Shown: positions 19,191-29,833 of the stretch, in pieces
Position numbering within the stretch: the stretch's first letter is position 1
Layout of the letters: each line of letters begins with the position of its first letter
From: an uncultured Gemmatimonadaceae bacterium
Lineage (GTDB): Bacteria; Gemmatimonadota; Gemmatimonadetes; Gemmatimonadales; Gemmatimonadaceae
Direction: 5' to 3'
Length of the DNA stretch: 64,000 bases
Assembly (NCBI GenBank): GCA_963790305.1
Contig: CAWBOC010000010.1
Coordinates: 1-64,000 of the forward strand
Program-made: the position numbers and the translations under genes
Notes under the pieces: model-generated
What the model saw: the letters and a program-made list of their open reading frames with translations, nothing else
Told to the model about the DNA's origin: nothing
Databases searched by the model: none

Positions 19191-19288
19191 GCATTTACCA
19201 CAGAGGCACAGAGGATACAGAGAACGGCCAACTGCTACGACAGCAGTTGGCCGTTTCTCTGTGTCCTCTGTGCCTCTGTGGTTATGCC
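19191..19288. repeat. Family D palindrome (CACAGAGG units)
   Basis: ACCACAGAGGCACAGAGGATACAGAGAACGGCCAACTGCT...AGCAGTTGGCCGTTTCTCTGTGTCCTCTGTGCCTCTGTGGT, just after the ompA-like stop. Confidence 0.88.
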
Positions 19289-19456
19289 GTTCTGGCCCTC
19301 CCCACCATAGCTAGGGCCAAGAACGACACGATGATACGCGATTGATACATAGTAGCGGGTAATGTAAGGAAACGGAGGGGACGGCTAGCGCGACGGGGTT
19401 AGGCGGTTGCGTTACGACGAAAGTTGGACAAGAGTGTGCGGAAGCCGACAATATTG

Positions 19457-19545
19457 GACGCGGAATTCCGGAACGCGGATAAACCCTGGAGTGTTGGCTC
19501 CCGTAGGGACGCTGGGTTTGCCGTTGGATCCGCATTCCGCAATCG
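19457..19545. repeat. Degenerate family B palindrome (AATGCGG/CCGCATT)
   Basis: GACGCGGAATTCCGGAACGCGGAT...ATCCGCATTCCGCAAT. Confidence 0.6.
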
Positions 19546-19575
19546 ACCTTCAAGCACCCGCAACTCCCCCCGCGC

Positions 19576-22500
19576 ATGAAGATCTCGGACCTTTCCATCC
19601 GCCGCCCCGTCCTCACGAGCATGCTCGCGGTGGCGCTCGTGCTGTTCGGCGTACTCGGCTACATCAACCTCTCGGTGCGCGAGTATCCCGACGTCAATGC
19701 GCCGGTGATCTCGGTATCGACGTTCCTGCGCGGAGCGAACCCGCGCGTCATGGAATCGGCGGTCACCGACATTCTCGAGGAAGAGCTGAGCACCGTTCCG
19801 GGACTTCGCACGCTCACCAGCTCGAGCGCGGAGCAGTTCAGCAGCATCACGCTCGAGTTCACGCTCGATCGCGATATCGAGACCGTCGCCCAGGACGTTC
19901 GCGACAAGGTCTCTCGCGTGCGCGATCGACTGCCTGACGACATCGAAGAGCCGGTCATCGCCAAGGAGGACGCCGACGCGCAGCCGTTCTACTGGATGGC
20001 GTTGACGTCGGACTCGTACAACCTGCTTCAGCTCTCGGACATCGGCGACCGGCTCGTGAAGCCGCGTCTGCAGACGATCAGCGGTGTGGGGCGCGCACAG
20101 GTGTTTGGCGAACGGCGACTGTCGATGCGCGTCTGGGTGTCGCCGAGCGAGCTGGCGGCGCGCGGCTTGACGGTACAGGACATCTCCTCGGCCATTCAGA
20201 GTCGGAACGTCGAGGTCCCAGCCGGCCGCATCGAGAGCGACCGGCGCGAGTTCACGGTGCGCTCGATGGGCGAGCTCAAGACGCCTGACGAGTTCGGCAA
20301 CATCGTCGTGTCGAACACCGGTGGTCAGATGATCCGCCTCAAGGACATCGCCAAGGTGGAGCTGGGTCCGGAAGACGAGCGGACCACCCTGCGCTACAAC
20401 CAGGTGCCGGCCGTGGCGATCGGTGTCATCAGGCAGTCGAAGGCCAACCTGGTGGATGTCGCCGACGGGGTCAAAGCCGAGTTGCCGGCCATTCAAGCCG
20501 CGTTGCCACCGGGCGTCAAGCTCATCGAGGCCTTCGACGGCTCGATATTCGTCAAGCGCTCGATTCAGGAAGCGGAGGAGACGCTGCTCATCGCCGGCTT
20601 CCTCGTCGTGCTCATCATCTTCGTCTTCCTGCGCAACCTGCGGGCGACGGTGATTCCCGCGCTCGCCATTCCTACGTCGATCGTGGCGACGTTCGGCGTG
20701 ATGTACTTCCTGGGCTTCTCGATCAACAACCTCACGCTCCTCGCGCTCACGCTGGCGATCGGTATCGTCGTCGACGACGCGATCATCGTGCTGGAGAATG
20801 CCTATCGACACCAGGAGGAGCTGAAAGAGAGTCCGGAGGTGGCAGCCGTCAACGGCACGCGCGAGATCGCGTTCGCGGTCATCGCGACGACGATCTCGCT
20901 GATTGCCGTGTTCACGCCGCTGGCGTTCCTGCAGGGCAACACGGGCCGGCTATTCAACGAGTTCGGCATCGCCGTCGCGGGCGCCGTCGCCGTCTCTGGA
21001 TTCGTCGCGTTGACGCTCACCCCAATGCTCTGCGCGAGAATCCTCCGGGTGCCGCCGCGCCACGGCCCGCTGTACCAACGGCTCGAGCGTGGGTTCGAGT
21101 CGCTGGCCTCCGGGTACAAGCGCTCACTGGGCTGGGCGGTCGCGAATCGCCGCATCACCGTCGGCGCGTCGGCGCTCATCATCGTGGCGGCCGTCTTCAT
21201 CTTCCGCGCACTCGAGCGCGAGTTCGTGCCACCCGAGGACCGCGGCTTCTTCTTTACCATCGTCATCGCGCCCGAGGGCTCGTCCCTCGGCTACACCGAT
21301 GGCTACACGAAGCAGGTCGAAGCGATCCTCGGACGCACCAAGGACATCGAGGGCTCGTTCGGCCTCGTCGGCGCCTTCGGGCCGGTGAGCCAGGGAATCG
21401 TCTTCAGCCGCCTCAACGACTGGTCGGATCGCGACCGGTCGGTGCAGGACATCATCAATGAAGTCCAGATGCAGTTCTTCGGAATCCCCGGTGTCTTTGC
21501 CTTCGCCAACAATCCGCCGGCCTTCGGATGGGGAAGCCCGCTGCAATTCGTCGTCAGGCATCCGGACTTCGACTCGTTGACGAAGGGCATGGCGGTGCTG
21601 ACGCAGCGCGCCGCCACCATCAACGGGCTGATCAACATCGATACCGACCTCAAGATCAACAAGCCGGAGCTCAACGTCACCTTCGATCGCGATCGTGCCG
21701 AAGATCTCGGCGTTCCCATTCGCGATATCGCTGGGACGTTAGGTACCATGCTCGGTGGCGGTCGCGTCAGCACGTTCACGATGAACAACAAGCTGTACGA
21801 CGTGATGGTGCAGCTCGCGCCCGAGGAGCGCGCGACGCCGAGCGACATGTCGGGGCTGTACGTGCGTGGCAACGACAATCAGCTCGTTCAGCTCAGTGCG
21901 GTGGCGCGGGTGAACGAGACGGTCGGACCGCAGGGGCTCAACCACTTCAACCGGGTGCGATCGTTCACCCTGAGTGCCGGTCTCGCGCCAGGCTTCACGC
22001 TCGGCGCCGCCCTCGATTCGCTCAACCGGGTCGCTCGTGAGGTTCTTCCCCCCGGCAGCACGATCGAGCTGGCCGGTGAATCGCGCGAGCTCGAGGAGAG
22101 CGGGAGCGCGCTGTACTTCGCGTTCGCGCTGGCCCTCATCGTCGTCTTCATGGTGCTCGCCTCGCAGTTCGAGTCGCTCGTGCATCCCTTGACGGTGCTG
22201 ATGGCGGTGCCGTTGGCGGTGACGGGCGCGCTGGCGACGCTGCTGATCGCGGGGTCGACCCTCAACCTCTATAGCCAGATCGCCATGGTGCTCCTCATCG
22301 GTCTGGTGACGAAGAACTCGATTCTACTCGTCGAGTACGCGAACCAATTGAAGGAGCGCGGGCTTTCGACGATCGAAGCAATCCTGGAATCGGGGCGCGT
22401 ACGGTTGCGGCCGATTCTCATGACGTCGGTGGCGACGATCATGGGTGCGCTGCCGATCGCGCTCGGCCTCGGCGCCGGGTCGGCCAGCCGCCGCCCGTTA

Positions 22501-22674
22501 GGCTACGCGATCGTCGGCGGCCTGCTCTTCTCGACGATCTTGACCCTGTTCCTCGTTCCGGCCGTGTACGTAATGATGGATCTCGCACGCGCCAACGTTC
22601 GCAGCCGGAGCGAGGCCCGGCGGCGGCGGAAGGCGGTGGAAGAGCCTGCTTTGGCAATGGAGGACGCACGGTGA
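19576..22674 (+). CDS. RND efflux permease (AcrB/AcrD/AcrF family)
   Basis: 1032 aa; IRRPV, GIVVDDAIIVLEN, GLVTKNSILLVE, RLRPILMTS. Confidence 0.96.
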   Translation: MKISDLSIRRPVLTSMLAVALVLFGVLGYINLSVREYPDVNAPVISVSTFLRGANPRVMESAVTDILEEELSTVPGLRTLTSSSAEQFSSITLEFTLDRDIETVAQDVRDKVSRVRDRLPDDIEEPVIAKEDADAQPFYWMALTSDSYNLLQLSDIGDRLVKPRLQTISGVGRAQVFGERRLSMRVWVSPSELAARGLTVQDISSAIQSRNVEVPAGRIESDRREFTVRSMGELKTPDEFGNIVVSNTGGQMIRLKDIAKVELGPEDERTTLRYNQVPAVAIGVIRQSKANLVDVADGVKAELPAIQAALPPGVKLIEAFDGSIFVKRSIQEAEETLLIAGFLVVLIIFVFLRNLRATVIPALAIPTSIVATFGVMYFLGFSINNLTLLALTLAIGIVVDDAIIVLENAYRHQEELKESPEVAAVNGTREIAFAVIATTISLIAVFTPLAFLQGNTGRLFNEFGIAVAGAVAVSGFVALTLTPMLCARILRVPPRHGPLYQRLERGFESLASGYKRSLGWAVANRRITVGASALIIVAAVFIFRALEREFVPPEDRGFFFTIVIAPEGSSLGYTDGYTKQVEAILGRTKDIEGSFGLVGAFGPVSQGIVFSRLNDWSDRDRSVQDIINEVQMQFFGIPGVFAFANNPPAFGWGSPLQFVVRHPDFDSLTKGMAVLTQRAATINGLINIDTDLKINKPELNVTFDRDRAEDLGVPIRDIAGTLGTMLGGGRVSTFTMNNKLYDVMVQLAPEERATPSDMSGLYVRGNDNQLVQLSAVARVNETVGPQGLNHFNRVRSFTLSAGLAPGFTLGAALDSLNRVAREVLPPGSTIELAGESRELEESGSALYFAFALALIVVFMVLASQFESLVHPLTVLMAVPLAVTGALATLLIAGSTLNLYSQIAMVLLIGLVTKNSILLVEYANQLKERGLSTIEAILESGRVRLRPILMTSVATIMGALPIALGLGAGSASRRPLGYAIVGGLLFSTILTLFLVPAVYVMMDLARANVRSRSEARRRRKAVEEPALAMEDAR

Positions 22675-23954
22675 TCGTCGGACTTTCATTGGTGCTGCAA
22701 ATCGCGGCCGCGGGAGATTCCCTCCCGCGGGTCACGCTGGCCGAGGTACTGCAACGCTCGGCACGGCTCGACCCTCAGTACGTCGCGGCGCGCGGCGACG
22801 TGGACAACGCCGTGTGGTCGCGACGGGCGGCGTGGTACGCCATCACCACCCCTCAAGTGCGACTCGCGAGCGACCTCGCGCAGTTCTCGACGCCCACCTT
22901 CGTCCTGGGCGCGGATCAGCCGCAGGACCGCTCGGTCACGGCCCGTGCGGAAGCGTTCTACGAGATCTTCAGCGGGGGGCGAAAGTTCGCCGAGCTGAGC
23001 CGCAGCCGGGCGCTGCTGGCGGCGACGGAAGCGATCGAGGTTCGGGAGCGCTTCGACGCCGAGCTCCGGGGCGAATCCGATTACTACCAGGTGCTGGCCG
23101 ACCAGGAGCTCACCCGCGTCGCGGGAGAGCGGGTGCGACGGGCCCGTGAGCAATTGGGTGTGGCACGCGCCCGCGTGATCTCCGGCGCCGCCGTCTCGAC
23201 CGACTCGTTGCAGCTGCTGCTCGAGCTCAACCGCGCGCGGGTAGCGGAGTTGCGGCAGGTCGCCGCACTCCGCGTCTCGCGCCTGCAGCTGGGACGCCGC
23301 ATCGGGATGGATGGTCCCGTGGACGCCACCCCGCTGGGGGATGCGCGCTCCCCGGAGCTGACGCTTTCCCTCTTCGATGCCGTAGCCGAAGCGGGGCGGA
23401 CGGGCCCGTCCGCGGTCGGGGCCCGGGCGTTCGAGGACGCGGCCGAGGCTCTGGTCAAGGCGCAGCGCGGCTCGTATCTTCCCAGCCTGACGTTAGGCGC
23501 GACCTCGGCGACCTACGACACGCGGTTCTTTCCCGACGCGACCTCGCGCACCTCGCTCGTCTTTTCGGCGACGCTGCCGATCTGGAACGGGGGACAGCGC
23601 GAGGTGCTCATGTCTCAGGCCCGTGTGCAGCGCGAGATCGCTCGCGTGACGCGGCTCGATGCGGAGCGTGCGGTTGCACGTGACGTCACCGAAACGTACG
23701 AAGGCTACACCACCGCGCGCGCGACGACGCAGCTCGCGGAGGAAGCAGTCCTGGTCGCCCGGGAGAACTATCGCGTGCAAGACACGCGATATCGCGCCGG
23801 AGCGACGACCATCCTCGACCTGATCGAGGCGCAGATTCGATTGACCGAGGCGGAAGCGGAGTTCGTGCAGTCACGATACGCGACGCGGCTGGCGCTGGGA
23901 CGGTTCGAGGCGCAGCTGGGGCGACGGCTCTTCAACAATGGGGCGCGACAGTGA
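22671..23954 (+). CDS. TolC-family outer membrane efflux protein
   Basis: Two helical OEP repeats; YLPSL, LPIWNGG, RYRAG..TILDL..AQ. Confidence 0.9.
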   Translation: MIVGLSLVLQIAAAGDSLPRVTLAEVLQRSARLDPQYVAARGDVDNAVWSRRAAWYAITTPQVRLASDLAQFSTPTFVLGADQPQDRSVTARAEAFYEIFSGGRKFAELSRSRALLAATEAIEVRERFDAELRGESDYYQVLADQELTRVAGERVRRAREQLGVARARVISGAAVSTDSLQLLLELNRARVAELRQVAALRVSRLQLGRRIGMDGPVDATPLGDARSPELTLSLFDAVAEAGRTGPSAVGARAFEDAAEALVKAQRGSYLPSLTLGATSATYDTRFFPDATSRTSLVFSATLPIWNGGQREVLMSQARVQREIARVTRLDAERAVARDVTETYEGYTTARATTQLAEEAVLVARENYRVQDTRYRAGATTILDLIEAQIRLTEAEAEFVQSRYATRLALGRFEAQLGRRLFNNGARQ

Positions 23955-25078
23955 GAACGGTATTGGGAGTGGTGCTCACCGTGGCGGTGCTCGCCGCGTG
24001 TGGCGGTGGGGAGGAGGCGGATTCAGCGCAGGGCGGCACCGCGCTGGAGACGGCGAACGGCGAGAGCGCAGGCGCTGACAGTACGAAGGCCGCCGCGGCG
24101 CCCGAAGCGCCGCCGCCCGGTGGCGGAATGCCCGCGATGCCCGTCGAGGTCGCGGTGGCGAAGAGCGAGACTGTGATCGATGAGATCCAGGCCACCGGAA
24201 CGGTCGAGGCGGTGCAGAGCATCGAGCTGCGTCCGGAAGCCGAGGGCCGGCTCGTGCAGATCTACGTGCGCGAAGGGAGTGTCGTCGGCCGCGGCGCGCC
24301 GCTGTTCAAGATCGATGACCAGGCACTCCGGGCGCAGGTAGCGCGTGCGGAGGCCGAGCGCGATCTCGCGCAACAGGCGCTGACACGCACGCGGCAGCTG
24401 CTGCAGCAGAACGCGACCAGCGCCAGCGAGCTCGAGCGCGCGGAAGCGACGGCGCGCAGCACACAGGCCTCACTCGATCTGCTGCAGCTGTCGCTGACGC
24501 GGACGACGGTACGTGCGCCGTTCGGGGGTGTCGCCGGGAGACGTCTCGTGTCGTTAGGTGACTACGTGACACCGCAGCGGGCCCTCATCTCGCTGCAGAC
24601 GTTCAATCCACAGCGCGCGGTCTTCCAGGTTCCCGAGCGCTTCGCCGACCGGGTCGGAAACGGGCAACGCGTGCAATTCAACGTGGCCGCGCTTCCCGGC
24701 AAGACCTTCACCGGCGTCGTGGACTTCGTCGACCCGGTGGTGCAGCTGCCCGGCCGCACGGTGCTCGTGAAAGCGAGCGTCCCCAACCCGCGCCGCGAGC
24801 TGCAGGCCGGCATGTTCATCGAAGCGAGCCTCGCGACCTCGACGCGGCCGAACGCCGTGGTCGTTCCGGAGGATGCGGTGCTGACCTCCCTCAATCAGCG
24901 CGTGACGTGGGTGGTGCTGCCCGACAACAAGGTCGACCGGCGAGAAGTGACGATCGGTGTCCGCCGCGCCGGCTTCGTCGAAATCACGCAGGGCGTGAAG
25001 GCCGGGGAGAAGGTCGTCGTCGGTGGGGCGGAGCGGCTGCAGCCAGGGGCGGCAGTCATGCCGGTGGAGAGAACGTAA
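23951..25078 (+). CDS. RND periplasmic adaptor (MFP) lipoprotein
   Basis: LAAC lipobox; VRAPFGGV, LQAGMF, VVPEDAV, G.K.GEKVV. Confidence 0.93.
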   Translation: MRTVLGVVLTVAVLAACGGGEEADSAQGGTALETANGESAGADSTKAAAAPEAPPPGGGMPAMPVEVAVAKSETVIDEIQATGTVEAVQSIELRPEAEGRLVQIYVREGSVVGRGAPLFKIDDQALRAQVARAEAERDLAQQALTRTRQLLQQNATSASELERAEATARSTQASLDLLQLSLTRTTVRAPFGGVAGRRLVSLGDYVTPQRALISLQTFNPQRAVFQVPERFADRVGNGQRVQFNVAALPGKTFTGVVDFVDPVVQLPGRTVLVKASVPNPRRELQAGMFIEASLATSTRPNAVVVPEDAVLTSLNQRVTWVVLPDNKVDRREVTIGVRRAGFVEITQGVKAGEKVVVGGAERLQPGAAVMPVERT

Positions 25079-25082
25079 AACG

Positions 25083-25134
25083 AAATGCGGAATGCGGAAT
25101 GCGGGATCAAGATCCGCATTCCGCATTCCGCATC
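25083..25134. repeat. Family B palindrome (AATGCGG)3-GATCAAGAT-(CCGCATT)3
   Basis: Direct reading; between convergent stops 25078 and 25140. Confidence 0.9.
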
Positions 25135-25139
25135 CGTCC

Positions 25140-27553
25140 TCATCTCACCAGCCAGTACAGCATACCATTCACATCCGCCGCCCCGATGCTCCCCATCCAT
25201 CGGCGGCCGCGAAGGGCTGGGCGTACGCCCTCGGGTAACAGCCGAACGCTCAGCCTGAACTTTCCCATCAGCAGGTAGGCGACGAGCTCGGCGCCCAGCC
25301 GGTCCTCGAAGCTCGGGAACCGATATTGGTTCTCGTGCGTCACGACCGACGACACGCTGAGGTGCATGGCGCTCAGCGCGAATGACTGGCGTCGCAGATG
25401 CAGACCGAGACCCGCTGAGCCGAAGATCTCGTGTCGATCGCCTGGCGAGTCGAAGGCGGCGATGTCCATCGGCAGTACGAGCCCCCAGCGGCGTCCCATG
25501 TACCATGTCGGGCGCCAGCCCCCCTCGGTACTGCTGTTGCCGAGTCCACCGACCATGTAATACGGCAGCAGAGCGAACAGCCCCCACGCCCTCCCGTTCT
25601 CGGTGTCGGGAATCGTCGACGGGTCCTTCTCCAGCTTCCGGCGATGATGCTCCGATGTGGATCGATAGAGGAAGTGCGTGGCCTTCACCGCCTGGTGTTT
25701 CGAGGCGACGATGGTGTCGCCCTGGCCGCGGTAGCGCTCGACTTCCCACGCCTGGCGCAAGAGACGGTCGGTGAGCCCGTTGAGGTAGCGCTCGCGCCCC
25801 TTGAGGAGCTGCACGACCGAGTTGTCGGCCGAGCATTCGTCGCGCGCGATGCCGAGTGAGTCGCAGGTGCGTTGCATGCCCTCGAGCAGACGACGGACGC
25901 TGTCTCGATCGAACCCGCTCAGCACGCGATCGAAGCCGCTGCGGCAGAAGAATTGATCGACCATGTTGCCATTCGGGCAACGCGGCTCGAAGGCGAAGAG
26001 CTCCGCATTGGCCTCGGCGAGCCAGCGCATGAGACGTGATCGTTCGGCGTCGGCTGCGCTGAGTGGAGCGACCGGCGCGGTGGGAACGCGCCAAAATCTT
26101 CGCGGAACAGTGCGCTCAGCACTTCCCGTGAGGCGGGACTCACGATGATGTGCGCGCCGCCGAGAAACTCCTCCATGCGATTGCGCAGGCACGCAGCCCC
26201 GCCCGCCGGCGCGAGTGCGCAGAGATGCTCGCCGGCGAGGAAGAACATCCCATCGTACACGCCGGAGAAGAAGTCGTACTCGCGAAAGGGACGACCCAGG
26301 AAGCCCGCGAACGATCCGAGATGCTCGCCAATGACCGGATAGGCCCGGCTCGTTGGCCGAACCCAGACGGAATCGACGCGGTCGGCGGCGGGCACGGAGA
26401 GCGCTCGACCAAAGGAGAACAGCTCGTACTTGCGAGCGGATGGAACGGCGCCGCGTGCTACGCGTGTCACGGCATCCAGCCCATACGCGATCGGCTCATT
26501 CTGCCGCTCAGCGCGTGCCTGCTGCAGCCGGCCGCGAAGAAGCCCCGGATCGACGAAGACGAGCGTGAGCGGGTCCCGTACCGTGCGCGGGCGGGTGCGT
26601 TGATACATCCCGATCGTGAGCGACATCGGGATGTTGTCGAAGACTCCGCCATCGATGAACTGACTTTGCCGATGCTTGGCGCACACGCCGTTCTCCATCG
26701 GGCAGGCACCGCCCCGTTGGAGCATGTCGGCGTAATAGTAGCGAAGCTGGCGCGGAGCGAATGCGACGGGGAATGCTGACGACGCCTCCACGATCGCGAG
26801 CACACTGTCGTGCGGAATGGAACCCGGGTCCTCGGAGACCGGAGCAATGAGCACACCGAGCGCGCGTGCGGCGCGCACGGTGTCGCGTGCCTGCGCGAAG
26901 CGGATGCCGTGCGGGCCAGGTTTCCCGACGAGTCGAAAGATCAATGCGAACCGTTGAATCGGGACGCTGATCCTTGGCTGCACGGCGAACGAGTCGGGAT
27001 ACACGCGCGTGAGCGTGATTCCGATGGGCACATCACACTCGGTCGCCGTGTTGGTGCGAAGCTCCCGCGCGATCTCGCCGTAGAGGTGGTCGCGGAAGAA
27101 GGCACGGCGGAAGAGGCCGCGGTCCTCGCTTCGGGCGAGATCGCGCGACGTCGCGAGAAGCTGCTCGATGCCCACGCGTACCCAGATGCTCCAGTAGAGA
27201 CTCTGCTCGGGAGCGCGAGGCGGCCTTCCGCTGCACCACTCGATCGCCGAGAGAACGGCGTTGATGTTGCCGGCCGACGCACCGGCGATCGAAGCGAGCG
27301 AGAACCGCGGGAGATGATGGCGGCGCGCGTACGCGGTATCGAGCGTCGCGCGTCGATAGAACTCGATCATCGCCCACGTCACCCCGGACTGATAGCTGCC
27401 GAGACTGGCGCCACCGCTGATGGCCATGGCGAGCTGGACGACGCTGTCGCGGCGCGCGCCGGCTTCGGGTGGGGTGAGCGAGATCGCTTGCGTCGCCGCG
27501 CGGGCCGGCATCACCGCAAGGACGGCTGCGAAAACCAGGGAACGAGAAGCCAT
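25140..27553 (-). CDS. Secreted patatin-like phospholipase with C-terminal extension; one frameshift near 26075
   Basis: Signal peptide; SGGASLGSY, GASAG, ASSAFP and DGG motifs; ORFs 25919-27610 and 25140-26192 overlap and join. Confidence 0.8.
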
Positions 27554-27608
27554 GGAGGCCTCGGAGGCGGGCGTTCCGTATTCACGGCGGCGTCGCCGGT
27601 GTCCTAAC

Positions 27609-27685
27609 AAGGTGGTCGAGGTCGTCGAGGATGTCGAGGTGATCGAGGTGAAGTCACCTCGACGACCTCGACGACCTCGACCACC
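27609..27685. repeat. Family A palindrome
   Basis: Core GTGAAGTCAC at 27648-27657; divergent intergenic region. Confidence 0.9.
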
Positions 27686-27782
27686 AGTCGACGTTCAGGT
27701 TTCGTATCCCCCCTCGCGGAACATCCTCCGCCTACCCATTGTCCTATAGAGACACCAGAACCCCTCCAGAGGCAGGAAATCC

Positions 27783-29789
27783 ATGCACGTTCTTCCGTTC
27801 GCACTCCTCCTGCTGGCTCAGCAGGGGGCGCAGCCGGCGTCGCAGGCCACCGCGCAGCCGAGCCCCATCTCCCGCATCGTCATCTCGCCCGCGACGCGCA
27901 GCGTTCGCGCGGGTGATACCATTCGGTTCACCGCGCAGGCCTACGACGCGAGTGGAGCGGTCCTGCAGAACGTGAGCGTCCGATTTGGTGGCGGCGGCTC
28001 GGGGTCGATCGACTCGGCCGGGACTGTCGTCGCCAGCGCCATCGGCAAGATGCCGATCGTGGCGGTGGCGACAGTGCCAGGCGCGAAGCCGTTCGTCGAG
28101 CGCCGGGAGATCGAGATTGTCCCGGCCGCGGCGGCGCGCGTAGACATTCGGGTCGCACCGGCGAAGTTGGTCGTCGGCCAGCAGGCGCGGGTCGAGGCGG
28201 TCGGCTACTCGCCCGCCAACGATCGCGCGATCGAGCCCATTCAGTGGACCTCGAGCGCCCCCCGGATCGTGCGAGCCGAGAATGGTCTCATCACCGCGGT
28301 CGCCGCGGGGCGGGCGACGCTGACGGCGACGGCCGGCACGGCAAAGGCGACGGTCAACGTTCAGGTAGTGCCGAACACGATCACGTCACTGACGATCGCG
28401 CCTGCACGTCCCAAGGTGCGCACCGGCGATGTGGTCAAGTTCACCGCGCGTGCCCGCTCCTCGTCAGGTGACGTCAGCGGCCTCGCGCCGACGTGGGCCA
28501 TGCAAGGCAACGGCGTCATCGATGCCGAGGGTGTCTTCGTGGCCTACGAGCCCGGGCCGATCGTCGTGACCGCGACGTTAGGCAATCGCTCGGCGTCGAC
28601 GATCGTCGATGTGGAGGCGCGCGACATTCGCCGTCCCGTCTCGATCGTCGGACGTCTCCCACGCACGGAATTCACGACGGCCGAGGTCTGGGTGCACCCG
28701 AACGGCAAGGTCGCCTACCTGGGCACGCACGGTGGCGGCGACCGCGTGTACGCCATCGACATCTCGAATCCTGCCTCACCGACGGTCGTCGATTCGCTGG
28801 TGCTGAACACGCGGCTGGTGAACGACGTCATGACGGACAAGGCCGGCACCGTACTGGTCATGACGCGCGAAGGCGCGGCGGACCGCAAGAACGGCATCGT
28901 CATCGCTTCGCTCGCGGATCCACTCCATCCGAAGGTGATCTCGGAGTTCACCGAAGGCGTGACGGCCGGCGTGCACTCGGCCTTCGTGTACACGCAGCCC
29001 AAGCACGGGACGCACATCTATCTCACCAATGACGGCACCGGCGCCGTGCACGTCATCGACATCAACGACCCGAAGAATCCCAAGGAAGTCGCCCAGTGGC
29101 GGACGACCAACCGTCCCGATGCCGGCCGCTACGTGCACGACATCGACGTGCAGGACGGGCTGCTGTACGCCAGCTATTGGGATGACGGGCTCGTCGTCCT
29201 CGACGTCGGGAAGGGGATCAAGGGCGGCTCGCCGGCGAATCCGAAGATCGTGACGCAGTTCAAGTACAATCTCGATTCGCTGTATCGACAGGTAGAGGCG
29301 GAATCGGGACCGGGCTTCACGCGAGGGACGCACACCGCCTGGCGCCACAAGAACTATGTCTTCATCGCCGACGAGGTGTACCGCGCGAGCCCGGTGAAGG
29401 GCGCGCAGGACGAAGCGGCCGATCGCATGTACGGCACACTGCAGGTGCTCGACGTCAGCGACATCGAGGCGCCGAAGTCGGTCGCCTGGTACACGCCCGA
29501 GAACGGCGGCGTGCATAACGTGTGGATCGCGGGAGACACCCTCTACATGGGTGCGTACGACGGTGGGTTCCGCGTGTTCGACATTGCCGGTGAGCTGAAG
29601 GGCGACCTGCGCGCGCAGGGCCGGGAGATCGCGTTCGTGAGCACGGCCGACATGCAGGGCAAGATCCAGAACCAGGCGATGACCTGGGGCGTGGTGGTGA
29701 ATCCGGCCGATGGGCTCGCCTACGTGAACGACTTCTACAACGGACTCTGGATCGTGCGCGTGGAGCCCAAGGCGCCGCCGGTGCCTTGA
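27783..29789 (+). CDS. Secreted Ig-like domain + LVIVD-repeat (beta-propeller) protein
   Basis: Big_2-like segments (WTSSAP, ATLTATAG); YAIDISNP, VIDINDP, VLDV..P repeats; His motifs GVHS, YVHD, GTHT, GVHN. Confidence 0.85.
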   Translation: MHVLPFALLLLAQQGAQPASQATAQPSPISRIVISPATRSVRAGDTIRFTAQAYDASGAVLQNVSVRFGGGGSGSIDSAGTVVASAIGKMPIVAVATVPGAKPFVERREIEIVPAAAARVDIRVAPAKLVVGQQARVEAVGYSPANDRAIEPIQWTSSAPRIVRAENGLITAVAAGRATLTATAGTAKATVNVQVVPNTITSLTIAPARPKVRTGDVVKFTARARSSSGDVSGLAPTWAMQGNGVIDAEGVFVAYEPGPIVVTATLGNRSASTIVDVEARDIRRPVSIVGRLPRTEFTTAEVWVHPNGKVAYLGTHGGGDRVYAIDISNPASPTVVDSLVLNTRLVNDVMTDKAGTVLVMTREGAADRKNGIVIASLADPLHPKVISEFTEGVTAGVHSAFVYTQPKHGTHIYLTNDGTGAVHVIDINDPKNPKEVAQWRTTNRPDAGRYVHDIDVQDGLLYASYWDDGLVVLDVGKGIKGGSPANPKIVTQFKYNLDSLYRQVEAESGPGFTRGTHTAWRHKNYVFIADEVYRASPVKGAQDEAADRMYGTLQVLDVSDIEAPKSVAWYTPENGGVHNVWIAGDTLYMGAYDGGFRVFDIAGELKGDLRAQGREIAFVSTADMQGKIQNQAMTWGVVVNPADGLAYVNDFYNGLWIVRVEPKAPPVP

Positions 29790-29833
29790 GGTCGAGGTGC
29801 TCGAGGTAGTCGAGGTGCTCGAGGTGCTCAAGG
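29788..29833. repeat. Family A half element at a head-to-tail junction
   Basis: (GAGGTGCTC)n; overlaps the upstream TGA and provides the candidate GTG starts of the next gene. Confidence 0.8.

Noticed and set aside
19399..20811. Long antisense ORFs (also 6054-7355, 28776-30104, 49547-51055) and the alternate-frame ORF 58070-59692
   Set aside because: Typical of GC-rich codon bias over well-supported genes; Arg/Ala/Pro-rich with no motifs.
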